This document shows positions 32,703-47,114 of a DNA stretch of 64,000 nucleotides, piece by piece (position 1 is the first letter of the stretch; every line of letters starts with the position of its first letter). The stretch spans positions 10,151-74,150 of the forward strand of contig DATLJR010000508.1 of assembly GCA_035538755.1 (NCBI GenBank), in the 5' to 3' direction. The translations under genes and the position numbers were made by a program. A model generated the notes under the pieces. It was not told the DNA's origin and ran no database searches. It worked only from the letters and a program-made list of their open reading frames with translations. Source of the stretch: Pseudolabrys sp. (GTDB taxonomy: Bacteria; Pseudomonadota; Alphaproteobacteria; Rhizobiales; Xanthobacteraceae).

Positions 32703-34601
32703 GTGATGGCCTCCAACATCAAAGCCAAGCCGTCGTCGAAAGAATCCCCGACTGAACCGTTCAAGCGGGCAGTGACCGGTTGCCTGCGCGCCTTGGCGCG
32801 CAAGCCGGAACTCGAAGTCGCGTTCGCGGCTGAACGACCGGGACTGATGGGCGGAAAGGTCCGTCTGCCGGAACCGCCACGCAAGCTCGGCAAGACCGAG
32901 GCGGCTATCGTTCGCGGTCACGCCGATTCGATTGCATTGCGTCTTGCGTGCCACGATCAGGCCTTGCATCGCCGCCTTCAGCCGGCTGGCCAGCAAGCCC
33001 GGGCGGTCTTCGAAGCGGTGGAGCAAGCGCGCGTCGAAGCGATCGGCGCCCGACGCATGAACGGCGTTGCGCAAAATCTTACGGCAATGCTCGACGAGCG
33101 CTTCCATCGCGGCAAGTTCGACCAGATCACGGAACGTGCGGATGCGCCGATCGAAGACGCACTCGCTCTCATGGTGCGCGAACGCCTGACCGGATTGGCT
33201 CCCCCGCCGGCCGCCAAGCGGCTTGTCGATCTGTGGCGTCCGCTGATTGAAGAGCGCGCGGGGCAGGATCTCGACCGGCTGGAAAACCTGGTAGAGGACC
33301 AGCGACAATTCAGCGATGTCGTCCACGATCTTCTGGATGCCCTCGAAATGGGTGAGGATCGCAGCCACGACTCAGAGGATGAGGAAGACAAAGGCGAGGA
33401 GGATCGTCGCAAGCAGGAATCCGGTGAAGACGGCGATGCGGCCGATTCCGACGAAATGCAGCGCATGAGCATGGAGGACACGCAGGTGTCCGCCGAGGAC
33501 ATGCCTGATGCCGCGGCCGAAGCCGTCGACGCGCCCACAGACGACATGGCGGATGACACGGACATGGGCGATGCCGAAACGCCCGGCGAACCGCAACGGC
33601 CCCGCCATTTCGGAGCGAACGAGCCGCGCGGGCCGGACTATCGCGCGTTCACCACCAAATTTGACGAGACGGTTGCTGCTGAAGACCTATGCGAAGCGGA
33701 GGAATTAGACCGCCTCAGGGGTTACCTCGACAAACAGCTCTCGCATTTGCAGGGCGTTGTTGCGCGTCTCGCCAACCGCCTGCAGCGGCGATTGATGGCT
33801 CAACAGAACAGGTCCTGGGAATTCGATCTGGAGGAGGGGCAACTCGATCCGGCGCGCTTGTCGCGTATCATCATCGACCCTTTGCACCCACTTTCTTTCA
33901 AAGCCGAAAAGGATACCGAGTTCCGAGATACGGTTGTTACCTTGCTGCTCGACAATTCCGGTTCAATGCGGGGCCGTCCGATCACGGTCGCCGCCACTTG
34001 CGCCGATATTCTCGCGCGCACGCTGGAGCGCTGCGGCGTCAAGGTCGAAATCCTCGGCTTCACGACGCGCGCATGGAAGGGTGGGCAATCGCGCGAGCAC
34101 TGGTTGACGGCCGGCAAGCCGGCAAATCCGGGCCGCCTGAATGATCTGCGCCATATCATCTACAAGTCGGCCGACGCGCCCTGGCGCCGTGCACGCAAGA
34201 ATCTTGGCCTGATGATGCGCGAGGGTCTGCTGAAGGAAAATATCGACGGCGAAGCGCTCGATTGGGCGCACAAGCGTCTGTTGGGCCGCACCGAGCAACG
34301 CAAAATTCTGATGATGATTTCCGATGGTGCGCCGGTTGACGATTCCACCTTGTCTGTGAACCCAGGCAACTATCTCGAGCGTCACTTGCGCTGGGTGATC
34401 GAAGAGATCGAAACCCGTTCTCCGGTCGAATTGATTGCCATAGGCATCGGTCACGACGTGACGCGTTACTACCGCCGTGCGGTCACGATCGTCGATGCGG
34501 AAGAACTCGGCGGCGCGATGACCGAGAAACTTGCCGAGTTGTTCGAAGAACACGCTGCGACCGAGTGGCGAAGTCCCAGCTGGCGGAGACGCGTCGCTTG
34601 A
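32703..34601 (+). CDS. cobT: Cobaltochelatase subunit CobT
   Basis: Acidic linker, v[33 protein letters not shown]. Confidence 0.95.
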   Translation: MMASNIKAKPSSKESPTEPFKRAVTGCLRALARKPELEVAFAAERPGLMGGKVRLPEPPRKLGKTEAAIVRGHADSIALRLACHDQALHRRLQPAGQQARAVFEAVEQARVEAIGARRMNGVAQNLTAMLDERFHRGKFDQITERADAPIEDALALMVRERLTGLAPPPAAKRLVDLWRPLIEERAGQDLDRLENLVEDQRQFSDVVHDLLDALEMGEDRSHDSEDEEDKGEEDRRKQESGEDGDAADSDEMQRMSMEDTQVSAEDMPDAAAEAVDAPTDDMADDTDMGDAETPGEPQRPRHFGANEPRGPDYRAFTTKFDETVAAEDLCEAEELDRLRGYLDKQLSHLQGVVARLANRLQRRLMAQQNRSWEFDLEEGQLDPARLSRIIIDPLHPLSFKAEKDTEFRDTVVTLLLDNSGSMRGRPITVAATCADILARTLERCGVKVEILGFTTRAWKGGQSREHWLTAGKPANPGRLNDLRHIIYKSADAPWRRARKNLGLMMREGLLKENIDGEALDWAHKRLLGRTEQRKILMMISDGAPVDDSTLSVNPGNYLERHLRWVIEEIETRSPVELIAIGIGHDVTRYYRRAVTIVDAEELGGAMTEKLAELFEEHAATEWRSPSWRRRVA

Positions 34602-35617
34602 GCTTTTTGCGTGGCCGTCCGTCGATTGTCGGACTCGTGCTCTTTATCCTGGCTGTCGTCGTTGCCGTTGCCGCGCCCCGTTATGCAACGGGGCTCGTGC
34701 GTGTCGTCATCGATGCAACGCCGGTAACCTCGTTCGACAATCGTGACCCATCAAAAGTGCGCTTTGGCAATCTGGAATTCCGCGGAGGGCTGGCGCTCGA
34801 GTCGAAATATCCGGCGTTTGGTGGGATCTCGGGAATCCACGTAGAACCTGGCGGCAACCGGTTCATCGCGGTCACCGACAAAGGCTCTTGGCTCCGCGGC
34901 CGAATTATTTATCGCGACGGCCGACCGGCCGGTATCGCCGACACGGAAATGGCGCCTATTCTGGGACAAGACGGCAGGCCGCTCGCCGCACGCGGCTGGT
35001 ACGACACCGAGTCCCTCGCCGAGCGCGACGGCATTCTCTACGTGGGCATCGAGCGGGTCGAACAGATTGTTCGGTTCGACTATCGTCGCGACGGATTGCT
35101 TGCTCGTGGGCAACCGATCAATGTGCCGGCCGACTTCAAGACCCTCACATACAACAAGAGCCTCGAATGCGTCGCGGCACCGCAGCAGGGTTCGTTGGCG
35201 GGCGAATTGATCGCGGTTTCCGAGAAGAGCCTCGACGCGGCGGGCAATTTGCGATCGTTTGTGCTCGGCACGAACCGCGTCACGCGTTTCAGCGTCAAGC
35301 GGACCGACGAGTTCGACGTCAGCGATTGCACGATTCTTCCGCCTGACGATTTGTTGCTGCTTGAGCGGCGCTTTTCCTTTGTGCGCGGCATCGCGATACG
35401 CATTCGTCGCGTGCCTATCTCTAGTCTCAAAGAAGGTGTGGTGGTCGACGGCCGCACAATGATCGAAGCCGATCTGGCCTATGAGATCGACAACATGGAA
35501 GGAATTTCCATCCATCGCACGACGGGCGGTGAAACGATCATCACGATTGTGTCGGACGACAATTTTTCCGTTCTCCAGCGCAATCTGCTTCTACAGTTTG
35601 CGGTGGTGGGGGAATAG
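34598..35617 (+). CDS. Esterase-like activity of phytase family protein
   Basis: LEFRGGL…FGGISG, DTESL, LLERRF, IDNMEG, VSDDNFS; start uncertain. Confidence 0.85.
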   Translation: MSFLRGRPSIVGLVLFILAVVVAVAAPRYATGLVRVVIDATPVTSFDNRDPSKVRFGNLEFRGGLALESKYPAFGGISGIHVEPGGNRFIAVTDKGSWLRGRIIYRDGRPAGIADTEMAPILGQDGRPLAARGWYDTESLAERDGILYVGIERVEQIVRFDYRRDGLLARGQPINVPADFKTLTYNKSLECVAAPQQGSLAGELIAVSEKSLDAAGNLRSFVLGTNRVTRFSVKRTDEFDVSDCTILPPDDLLLLERRFSFVRGIAIRIRRVPISSLKEGVVVDGRTMIEADLAYEIDNMEGISIHRTTGGETIITIVSDDNFSVLQRNLLLQFAVVGE

Positions 35618-35703
35618 ACACCCGAGCCGCGATCTCCCGGCCAAAAAGTGTATGCCCGGCACGACGCCGGCTATCGCCGATCAGATGCTCTGAAAAAGAC
35701 CTG

Positions 35704-36000
35704 TCAGCCCGCCTGGGCGGCCGAGCGCTTCTTCACAATCTGGCGCTTGAGGTCGAGCATTCGCGGGGCCAGCTCGTCGTCGTTTGCCTTGAGCAAAAAC
35801 GCATCGAGTCCACCGCGATGGTCGACCGTCTTCAAGGCGTTGGCGGAAACGCGCAAACGGATCCTGCGGCCGAGAGTGTCGGAGATGAGTGTGACGTTGC
35901 GCAGGTTCGGAAGGAACCGACGTTTCGTCTTGATATTGGAGTGGCTCACCTTGTGGCCGACCAGTGGCCTTTTACCGGTCAGGTCGCAACGCCATGACAT
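35704..36000 (-). CDS. rpmB: 50S ribosomal protein L28
   Basis: CDLTGK…[16 protein letters not shown]. Confidence 0.96.
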   Translation of the reverse strand: MSWRCDLTGKRPLVGHKVSHSNIKTKRRFLPNLRNVTLISDTLGRRIRLRVSANALKTVDHRGGLDAFLLKANDDELAPRMLDLKRQIVKKRSAAQAG

Positions 36001-36330
36001 AGCTTAGTCCTCAAGAACCCCGGCACGAAAACGTGCCGGTTCCGATCAAATCGTGTGGTTAAGATGGGCGGACGTATAGAGAGCGAGGTAAGTCGCGTCA
36101 AGCCAAGCTATTGGACGGTATTTAATAGGATTTCTATTCGGCCGGGCGCTGCAAAGCGAACACAGTTTCGACGAAATCCGCGCCGACGTAGTGACTGTAT
36201 CAGGCGTTCCGTAATTAACTCTGTGGCCCGCTCCCGGCCAATCCCGCGTGGTGGATTGCTCCGTGAGTGATATTGTCCGGTGCCCCAATCGCGGAACGTC
36301 GCCGGTGCCGGCGAGCGGAAGGATCACGTC

Positions 36331-37176
36331 TTGCGTCCACTGACACAGCGTTTGCTCCTGGCGTCCGCCGCGGCGGCTATGGCTGTTACCCTGGTCGTGT
36401 CGGCGCACGCACAAGCGCGTCTCGAAGCTCACTACTCGGCGACAATTGCCGGCATTCCAATCGGTACCGGCAGCTGGGTCATCGACATCAGTGACACGCA
36501 ATATAGCGCCGCCGTAAGCGGGCAGACGTCAGGGCTGCTGCGTGCATTTACCGGCGGTCAGGGTAACGCCACTGTGCGCGGCACGTTGAATGGCGGGCGA
36601 TCCTTGACCTCTGTCTACATGGCCACCATCAACGGCCGAGGCAAAAGATTGGACTCGATCCGCATCGCCATCAGCAATGGCAACGTGAAAGAGTACAAGG
36701 TGGACCCGCCGGCCGACGACGACCCGGCACGAGTGCCGATCACCGAGACATCACAACGTGGCGTGCTCGATCCGATCACCGGTTCGATCGTGCGCATGGC
36801 GGGTACCGGCGATCTTCTCGTGCCAGAAGCCTGTCAGCGGACTCACGAAATTTTCGACGGCCGGCTGCGTTACGACATGCAGTTTGCCTTCAAGCGCATG
36901 GAAAAAGTAAAGGCGCCAAAAGGCTATTCGGGCCCGGTTGTGGTTTGTGCCGCGTATTTCACCCCAGTGGCGGGCTTTATTCCCACGCGAATGGCGATCA
37001 GATATCTCGCCAAGCAGCGCGACATGGAGATCTGGCTCGCGCCCGTCTCTGGAACCCGAGTCCTCGTGCCAATCCGCGCGCAAGGGCCGACACCCATTGG
37101 CCAGGCGGTGCTTGAAGCCACGGAGTTCATTTCGACCCCGATCCAGGCCGGCGCCAACGGCATGAAGACTCAGTAA
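36331..37176 (+). CDS. DUF3108 domain exported protein
   Basis: Signal peptide, GVLDPI, IFDGRLRYD, MEIWLAP; TTG start with AAGGA RBS chosen. Confidence 0.82.
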   Translation: MRPLTQRLLLASAAAAMAVTLVVSAHAQARLEAHYSATIAGIPIGTGSWVIDISDTQYSAAVSGQTSGLLRAFTGGQGNATVRGTLNGGRSLTSVYMATINGRGKRLDSIRIAISNGNVKEYKVDPPADDDPARVPITETSQRGVLDPITGSIVRMAGTGDLLVPEACQRTHEIFDGRLRYDMQFAFKRMEKVKAPKGYSGPVVVCAAYFTPVAGFIPTRMAIRYLAKQRDMEIWLAPVSGTRVLVPIRAQGPTPIGQAVLEATEFISTPIQAGANGMKTQ

Positions 37177-37354
37177 TACACTCTTGACTCTTCGGTTCCG
37201 GGCGCATCCACATTCGCATTAACCTTTAAAGGGGCTAAAGCGCACTTGAATCGAGGCCATGCTACTCCATCTTGTGGTTGCGCAGCCACTGCTCTCCAGA
37301 TGTCGCCGTGAACGAAGTCATACAGCTCCGGAGTCAGTGATTCGGGCGCGTTTC

Positions 37355-37369
37355 GTTCCAGACTCGTTC
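37355..37369 (+). promoter_or_regulatory. Putative alphaproteobacterial LexA box
   Basis: GTTC-CAGACTC-GTTC (GTTC-N7-GTTC), 95 bp upstream of the helicase ATG. Confidence 0.5.
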
Positions 37370-37463
37370 TAAGTTTAACACACGCACATGCTTGTTGTCG
37401 CATTGTGATACAGGGAGGCCGCGAGAGGGCCCCTCCAGGCTCTCTCGCCAGTCCGGACGCGTA

Positions 37464-40723
<3,260 letters not shown>

Positions 40724-40727
<4 letters not shown>

Positions 40728-41002
40728 GCACCAGCGCCAAGGAACTGGCACGTCAGCGCATCGACAAATGGTTGTGGCATGCGCGAATGGTGCGGACACG
40801 GACCGATGCCGCCGCGCTTACAACGGCAGGATTTGTCCGCCTTAACGGCAAGCGCATGACGGCCGCCGGTCATCCGGTGCGAGTTGGTGATGTGGTGACG
40901 GTTGCGCTTGACCGGACCGTCAGGGTGGTCCGGGTCGAAGGTCTTTGCGAACGGCGCGGGGGCGCGCCCATTGCGCGTGCACTTTACCGCGATTTGACCT
41001 GA
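40724..41002 (+). CDS. S4 RNA-binding domain protein (Hsp15-like)
   Basis: RIDKWLWHARMVRTR, VRVGDV, RRGGAPIARALY. Confidence 0.88.
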
Positions 41003-41131
41003 GAATCCGCGAGCGGGGCCTTCTTTGCCATTGGATCACGCGGTTAGGTCGGGCGGGTCGCAGCCGCGCTGGTTGCAGCTTATCTGGGGTTGGTCTAGGC
41101 AGCGTTGCGAGTTGGTTTGCCGGAGTGGGGA

Positions 41132-41470
41132 ATGACTTACGTCGTCGTCGAAAACTGTATTAAATGCAAATACATGGACTGCGTAGAGGTGTGTCCGGTG
41201 GACTGCTTCTACGAAGGCGAGAATATGCTCGTCATCCACCCCGACGAATGCATCGATTGTGGCGTATGCGAACCGGAATGCCCCGCAGAGGCGATTAAGC
41301 CGGATACCGAAGCCGGCCTCGAAAAGTGGCTCGAACTGAACGCTGAGTATTCAAAGACCTGGGCCAATATAACGGTCAAAAAGGAAGCACCCCCGGACGC
41401 CAAGGACTGGGATGGCGTGCCGGAAAAATTCCAAAAGTTCTTTTCCCCCCAGTCCGGAACCGGGGATTGA
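41132..41470 (+). CDS. fdxA: Ferredoxin (FdxA type)
   Basis: [30 protein letters not shown]. Confidence 0.95.
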   Translation: MTYVVVENCIKCKYMDCVEVCPVDCFYEGENMLVIHPDECIDCGVCEPECPAEAIKPDTEAGLEKWLELNAEYSKTWANITVKKEAPPDAKDWDGVPEKFQKFFSPQSGTGD

Positions 41471-41592
41471 AGTTAATCTAGCTGCCATCCTCGGCTGTAG
41501 AGATTGTTACTTTATTGCGCGACGTTAACCGATTTAGCCAAAATTTATCCGACCGGCGAAGGGAAATCGCCATTCTACGTCGCCATAACGCT

Positions 41593-41620
41593 TTGATTCC
41601 GCCTAAAAATGTGCTATATA
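41593..41620 (+). promoter_or_regulatory. Putative sigma70 promoter of carD
   Basis: TTGATT-N16-TATATA with extended TG. Confidence 0.45.
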
Positions 41621-41910
41621 TAGAAAAAATGGACAGGAACGACGTTGCTACCGGTGCGCTCCCCATTCGGGAGCCTTATTTTTCGGTGGTTGAGTTCCCC
41701 GGTTTACAGTTCAGAGGGCGTGCGATCCACGCGTGAGCAGTGGCAGGAAAAACGCGTCATAAATCAAAGAAAGGCTCCGCCGGCACGAGCCGGGGACCAA
41801 AAAAGTCTGCTGCAGTGCGGCGGACCTCCCACACCTCTCGCGGTGCTGTCCGCGGTGGGGTTCCTGCAGCCAAGATGGCCGGCAGCCGAAAAGGACCTGG
41901 CGAAGGAGTC

Positions 41911-42501
41911 ATGCCCGGAATGACTAGCAATAAAAAGACTACACAACGACAAGGCTTCAAGACTAACGAGTTTATCGTTTACCCGGCCCATGGAGTTGGC
42001 CAGATCATCGCGATCGAGGAGCAGGAGGTTGCGGGCGCCAAGCTTGAACTGTTCGTCATCAACTTCATCAAGGACAAGATGACCCTGCGGGTTCCGACCG
42101 CGAAAATCGTATCCGTCGGCATGCGCAAGCTGGCCGAGGCACCGCTTGTCAAGCGGGCACTTGAGACGCTCAAGGGCCGTGCGCGCATCAAGCGCACCAT
42201 GTGGTCTCGCCGGGCGCAGGAATATGAAGCGAAGATCAATTCCGGCGATATCGTCGCCATTGCTGAGGTCGTTCGCGACCTGTACCGATCGGAGACCCAG
42301 CCCGAGCAGTCCTATTCGGAGCGGCAGCTTTACGAGGCTGCTCTCGATCGGCTCTCGCGCGAGATCGCGGCGGTTCAGCGCGTGACCGAGACCGAGGCGA
42401 TCAAGGAGATCGAAGCGGCTCTCGCCAAAGGACCGCGCCGCGGTCCGAAGCCGTCCGAACAGGCCGGTTCTGAGGAAGGCGTCGAGGAAGAGGCGGCCTG
42501 A
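41911..42501 (+). CDS. carD: CarD/CdnL family transcription factor
   Basis: IVYPAHGVG, MWSRRAQEYEAKINSGD, QSYSERQLYE; start uncertain (possible upstream GTG at 41740). Confidence 0.93.
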   Translation: MPGMTSNKKTTQRQGFKTNEFIVYPAHGVGQIIAIEEQEVAGAKLELFVINFIKDKMTLRVPTAKIVSVGMRKLAEAPLVKRALETLKGRARIKRTMWSRRAQEYEAKINSGDIVAIAEVVRDLYRSETQPEQSYSERQLYEAALDRLSREIAAVQRVTETEAIKEIEAALAKGPRRGPKPSEQAGSEEGVEEEAA

Positions 42502-42527
42502 AGATAGGCGCTCAAACACAATTTTCG

Positions 42528-42556
42528 AAAAGCCCGGCCCAGCGCCGGGCTTTTTT
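42528..42556 (+). terminator. Intrinsic terminator after carD
   Basis: aaaaGCCCGGC-ccagc-GCCGGGC-tttttt. Confidence 0.85.
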
Positions 42557-42680
42557 GTTTTTGAATGCGCCGTTTGAACCGCCGTATGTCCGCGCCCATA
42601 GTGGTGGGCAGCGCAGTAGTTGCTCGCCACGCGTCTCTGGCTTATATGCCGGCCAATCACCCCAGAAGTGGGAGTAAGGA

Positions 42681-43646
42681 ATGACCGCTATTCGCGGCTA
42701 TGTCGCGCCGACCACCGAATCCGATGCCCTCGGTGTGCACTCGCTCGACCAATTCGTCCTCGCGGTACCCGATGCATCGGTCGCGCAGGATTTTTACTGC
42801 AACTTCGGGCTCGATATGCAGCGCGACGGCAACGTCCTTGCCATCAAGACATTTGGCCACGACCACCACTGGGGTTCAGTCATAGAAGGCACCAAAGCGA
42901 AGGCGCTGCACCATCTTTCATTCGGCTGCTATGCCGACGACCTTCCGCGCTTGAAGACGCGCATCGAAGAGCAAGGGGTCAAACTCATCGACCCGCCGCC
43001 GGGCTTCGAGAGCAATGGTTTCTGGTTCCGCAACCACGAAGGCGTGTTGATCGAAGTGAAGGTCGGACCCAAAGTGTCTCCCGACCGGAAATCGGACAGC
43101 CAGTGGATCTCGGTTCCCGCGGGAGCCGCCGGCGCAACGACGCGAGATAAAGCGCCTCCGGTGCGCCCGCGCCGACTCTCGCATGTTTTGATCTTTACCC
43201 GTGACGTCTCCGAGTCGATCAAATTCTACGAGCGTACGCTTGGTCTTCGACTTTCCGATCGTGCCTCGGATATCGTTGCCTTCATGCACGGGATCCACGG
43301 CAGCGACCATCATCTTTTGGCCTTGGTGAAATCCAGCGCGCCGGGCTTTCACCATTGCAGCTGGGATGTTTCCAGCGTGAATGATATCGGCCTCGGCGCG
43401 ATGCGGATGCATGACAAAGGTTGGACCAAGGGGTGGGGGCTGGGCCGGCATGTGCTCGGTTCGAATTATTTCCACTACGTGCGCGATCCTTGGGGGAGCT
43501 TCGCCGAATACTCCTGCAATATCGATTACATCCCGAAGGAAGAGCGTTGGCCGTCGGGCGACCACAAGCCCGAGGATTCCTTTTACCTCTGGGGTCCGGA
43601 CGTGCCGAGGGAATTCACGATCAACTACGAAGGCGGCGAGAGCTGA
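42681..43646 (+). CDS. VOC-family extradiol dioxygenase (catechol 2,3-dioxygenase-like)
   Basis: Two VOC domains; LSHVL, SDHH, FHHCSW, GLGRHVLGSNYFHYVRDPWGSFAEY. Confidence 0.85.
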   Translation: MTAIRGYVAPTTESDALGVHSLDQFVLAVPDASVAQDFYCNFGLDMQRDGNVLAIKTFGHDHHWGSVIEGTKAKALHHLSFGCYADDLPRLKTRIEEQGVKLIDPPPGFESNGFWFRNHEGVLIEVKVGPKVSPDRKSDSQWISVPAGAAGATTRDKAPPVRPRRLSHVLIFTRDVSESIKFYERTLGLRLSDRASDIVAFMHGIHGSDHHLLALVKSSAPGFHHCSWDVSSVNDIGLGAMRMHDKGWTKGWGLGRHVLGSNYFHYVRDPWGSFAEYSCNIDYIPKEERWPSGDHKPEDSFYLWGPDVPREFTINYEGGES

Positions 43647-43743
43647 ACTCGACCCGAACGTCTCTCGTAATGGCCAAGACGCGCCCCCGCCATTTCGTTT
43701 TCAGAGGAGAATGAAATAACGATGCGAGATCGTGCGCGCGTCG

Positions 43744-45198
43744 TCACTCGACGACAACCTTGACCTTGTCGCCCGGCTTCAGCCTGTCCTGCTGTCCGAG
43801 GCCATTGAGCGTCCGGAATCTCTCGAGAGAGTGGTCGGACGTTGCCATGCGGTGTGCGAGTTTCTCGACAGTATCGTTTTGTCCGACAGTCACGATTTTA
43901 AGACGCAGCGGCCTGACCTGCTGACTCTCCTTCAAAGTCATGCGGCGAAAGCTCATGACCGATTCGCGAAACGCGATATCGACCTGCGTCGTCCTCGCTT
44001 TGGCTGCGAAGATAAAACGGTAGACCTCGCTGCCGAAGCGCACGGCGTACAAACGGAATGACCAGTTGCCGCCTCCAGCCGCAGCGGTTGCCGCCTGAAA
44101 ACCGTTGACCGAGAACTCTTCGACACTTGCCGGGTCGACATTCTCCATCCAACCCGATTTGAGGTAGTCCGGCAGGGATTGCTCGGCCGGCACGGCCACT
44201 ACATCGAGACGCAAGGCTTCGCCGCCGCCTTCCTTGAGTCCGAGCACCGCTTGCGCTGTATTGTCGAGTGTGAATCCCGGAGGTGCGGCAAACGTAAAGC
44301 CGAGCTTGGGGTGGAGAAAATGCCGGCCGCGCACGAAGCCTTCGCTCGGGTCTTCGCCGTAAACCATTCCGTCGAGATTGCTCAGGTACTCGCCGCGGTC
44401 ACGTTCTCCAGGACCGGGACTGCTGAATTGCCTCGCGTTCGCAAGTGCGTTTTTCACGCGGTCCGGGGTAGCGGGATGGCTGGACAAAAAGTCCAGCGCG
44501 CGCGGGTCGGCTCCGCCGGCGGCGGCCTTGAGGTCCGCAGTTCGCTGCATCTCGGTCAAAAACCGGGAGGCCCCATAAGGGTCAAATCCTGCGCGCGCCG
44601 AAATGCCAACGCCGATTCCATCAGCTTCGAACTCCTGCGCACGCGAAAATGCCGCGAGCGTGAGTTTTGACTTGGCCAGGGCGAGAGCTCCGACCTGCGG
44701 GTCGCTCAGTACGTCGTTGACAACGTGATTGATGATCGCGACCTGGCGGGCCTGCTCTTCCCGAATGGCCGCGTGACGCGCGATCACATGACCCATTTCG
44801 TGCGAGAGGACCGAGGCGAGTTCGGCCTTGTCGTTGGCGAGCGCAATCAGTCCGCGCGTGATGTATAGCTTGCCGTTCGGAAGAGAGAAGGCATTGATGG
44901 ACGGCGAATTGAGGATGATGACCTGGTATTTTAGGTCAGGACGTTCAGACGCGGCAACGAGACGCTCAACCGTCTTCTCGATCATCGCGTGCAGACGCGC
45001 GTTGTCGTATTCACCGCCATAGGTCCCAAGTATGCGCGCCTGCTCCCGTTGCGTTGCCGGCTCGAGGGTCGGCGACGGAACCTGCGTCACCGGCAAGGAA
45101 ATCAGACGATTTTCGGACGTGCCAGTGCAACCGGCCAAAGCCGCGGCAAAAGCGACAAGCAGTGCTCGACTTGCGAACCCGGATTTACGCGTACCCAT
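43744..45198 (-). CDS. M48 family metalloprotease lipoprotein with C-terminal LysM-like domain
   Basis: LAGC lipobox, NAFSLP, HEMGH, FSRAQEFEAD, SSHP. Confidence 0.9.
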   Translation of the reverse strand: MGTRKSGFASRALLVAFAAALAGCTGTSENRLISLPVTQVPSPTLEPATQREQARILGTYGGEYDNARLHAMIEKTVERLVAASERPDLKYQVIILNSPSINAFSLPNGKLYITRGLIALANDKAELASVLSHEMGHVIARHAAIREEQARQVAIINHVVNDVLSDPQVGALALAKSKLTLAAFSRAQEFEADGIGVGISARAGFDPYGASRFLTEMQRTADLKAAAGGADPRALDFLSSHPATPDRVKNALANARQFSSPGPGERDRGEYLSNLDGMVYGEDPSEGFVRGRHFLHPKLGFTFAAPPGFTLDNTAQAVLGLKEGGGEALRLDVVAVPAEQSLPDYLKSGWMENVDPASVEEFSVNGFQAATAAAGGGNWSFRLYAVRFGSEVYRFIFAAKARTTQVDIAFRESVMSFRRMTLKESQQVRPLRLKIVTVGQNDTVEKLAHRMATSDHSLERFRTLNGLGQQDRLKPGDKVKVVVE

Positions 45199-45214
45199 AT
45201 CCGCCCTACGTATT

Positions 45215-45900
45215 TTACTCGACGCGTTCGATCTGCTCAGGGGCCACGGCATCGATGACCGGGCCGCCAACCTGCTCGACCCAACTGCGCACTTGAATTG
45301 GACGCCCCTCCCAACCCCTTCGGGTCGATCCCCGCTGCGGCGAATTCTCGCCGATGACGCTTAAGAATCGTTACCGTAAAGTCGCGCGACCAACGCCGCC
45401 CGAAATTTCGAATATATTGTGGCGCCGCTTTCGCGCACCGACAATACCTTGCCCTCTACCAGTGCAAATTGGCCCCACGCGGATGCAATCCGGTTAAGAT
45501 GTTCCGGCCGCAAAGGGGCGAAATTGGGGTCAGAGGCCGCGCCGCGCGGCGCGCGCAACCCGTTCTGAACGCAAGACGATATCGGCGCAAGCCTTGTCGC
45601 CGATCCTTGCTGCGACCCGCGCCTGGCCCTGCGCGATCAGTATTTCCTGGATCGCCTGTTGGCTGTCACCGACACGAACGAAGGCGACTACGCGTCCAAA
45701 CCAACCCGCATAAGCTGCAGGTCACGGCCATCGACGAGCGATTGCAGCGCGTCACGACTGCTGCCGACAACTTCGACTGCCGCCAGTCGCACTTCGCGGC
45801 CATCGGTCAGCAACACCGTCCGCCCGTCGCGAACGACAGTGCCTCTTCCCGATGCAAGATTCCTGCCTTTAGCTCGAGGACCGAAACTGTCGGATACGCA
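45215..45900 (-). pseudogene. Thermonuclease (SNase)-family pseudogene
   Basis: Fragments VRDGRTVLLTDGREVRLAAVE, FALVEGKVLSVRESGATIY, NFGRRWSRDFTVTI, WVEQVGGPVIDAVAPEQIE in different frames with stops; 5' boundary approximate. Confidence 0.78.
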
Positions 45901-46030
45901 ATGGACAAGACCGTAAGGAATATCGCGAACGAAAAGGTCTTCGGCAAATCTGTAAACCCGCAATAAAGATGGCGGCCGGACGGCCACACGGTAGAATGCC
46001 CGAAAGCCAGCAAACGCCGGGAGGCTATCA

Positions 46031-47029
46031 ATGCAAACGCGCCGCACTGTGCCTAGCCGCCGCGAGGTCCTGACATCGATTGCTGCCGTCAGCGCAATGG
46101 CTGTGACTGGAGCGCGTGGTGAAGACACCCGTTGGCCTGATCATCCGGTTCGCATCATCGTCCCTTATCCGGCCGGGGGTTCGACCGACGTGCTGACCCG
46201 GATTCTGGCGGAGCGGTTGAAGGACATTTTCGGCCAGCCTTTCGTGATTGAGAACCGCGCCGGCGCCGGCGGCAATATCGGCATCGCGGCCGTTACTGGG
46301 AGCGCGCCGGATGGCTACACGATTGGTGCCGCGACGATCGGCCATTTCGCGATCAATCAATATCTTTACAACAAGATGCCTTACGATCCCGAACGCGACA
46401 TGGTCCCGGCGTCGCTCACCTGGGAGTTGCCCAACGTCTTTGTCGTCCCGACTGATCATGTCCCAGCAAAAACATTGGCTGAATTTCTGACCTGGGCAAA
46501 GCAAAAAGGCCGCGTCAGTTATGGTAGCCCCGGCGTTGGCACCTCGCCGCATTTGTCCGGCGTGATGTTTGCCAAGCAAACGGGCATCGATGGAATTCAC
46601 GTCCCATTTCGCGGGGCGGCGCAGACCATCCCGGCCATGCTCGCCGGCGACGTAAATTTTGCGATCGACAACCTCGCTTCATATGTGCCTGTCATCCAGT
46701 CGGGAAAAATGCGCGCGCTTGCCGTGACCTCTGCGCAGCGCTGGCCGACACTGCCGGACGTTCCCACCATGAACGAAGCGGGGATCAAGGACTTTGTGGT
46801 GACATCGTGGGCAGCTTTCGTATTCCCGGCGGCGACCCCGCGTCCGATCGTCGACAGATTTTCCGCTGCCCAGCGCCAGATCGCCGGCGAACAGGCAATC
46901 CAGGAACGGTTCCTCGTCGCCGGTGCCCGAGTTCTTTCCAGCACACCGGAAGGTGCGGTTGCGTTTGCTGCGAAGGAACGAACGATGTGGAAGGATGTCG
47001 TCGCCGCGTCAGGTGCGAAGGTTGACTAG
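46031..47029 (+). CDS. Bug/TctC tripartite tricarboxylate transporter substrate-binding protein
   Basis: Tat-like SRRE leader, WPDHPVRIIVPYPAGGSTD, ENRAGAGGNIG, HVPFRG. Confidence 0.93.
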   Translation: MQTRRTVPSRREVLTSIAAVSAMAVTGARGEDTRWPDHPVRIIVPYPAGGSTDVLTRILAERLKDIFGQPFVIENRAGAGGNIGIAAVTGSAPDGYTIGAATIGHFAINQYLYNKMPYDPERDMVPASLTWELPNVFVVPTDHVPAKTLAEFLTWAKQKGRVSYGSPGVGTSPHLSGVMFAKQTGIDGIHVPFRGAAQTIPAMLAGDVNFAIDNLASYVPVIQSGKMRALAVTSAQRWPTLPDVPTMNEAGIKDFVVTSWAAFVFPAATPRPIVDRFSAAQRQIAGEQAIQERFLVAGARVLSSTPEGAVAFAAKERTMWKDVVAASGAKVD

Positions 47030-47075
47030 CTGAAACGATGCGTTAGACCCACGCCTGTGCTACATCGTCCCTGAT

Positions 47076-47114
47076 AGTCCTGTAGCTCAGCAGGATAGAG
47101 CAGCGGTTTCCTAA
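47076..47114 (+). tRNA. tRNA-Arg(CCT) 5' half only (truncated; probable att site)
   Basis: AGTCCTG-TA-GCTC-AGCAGGATA-GAGC-A-GCGGT-TTCCTAA; the expected ACCGC and T-arm do not follow. Confidence 0.8.

Noticed and set aside
36158-36172. Second LexA box before DUF3108 (GAAC-N7-CGAC)
   Set aside because: One mismatch in an 8-bp motif; expected by chance.
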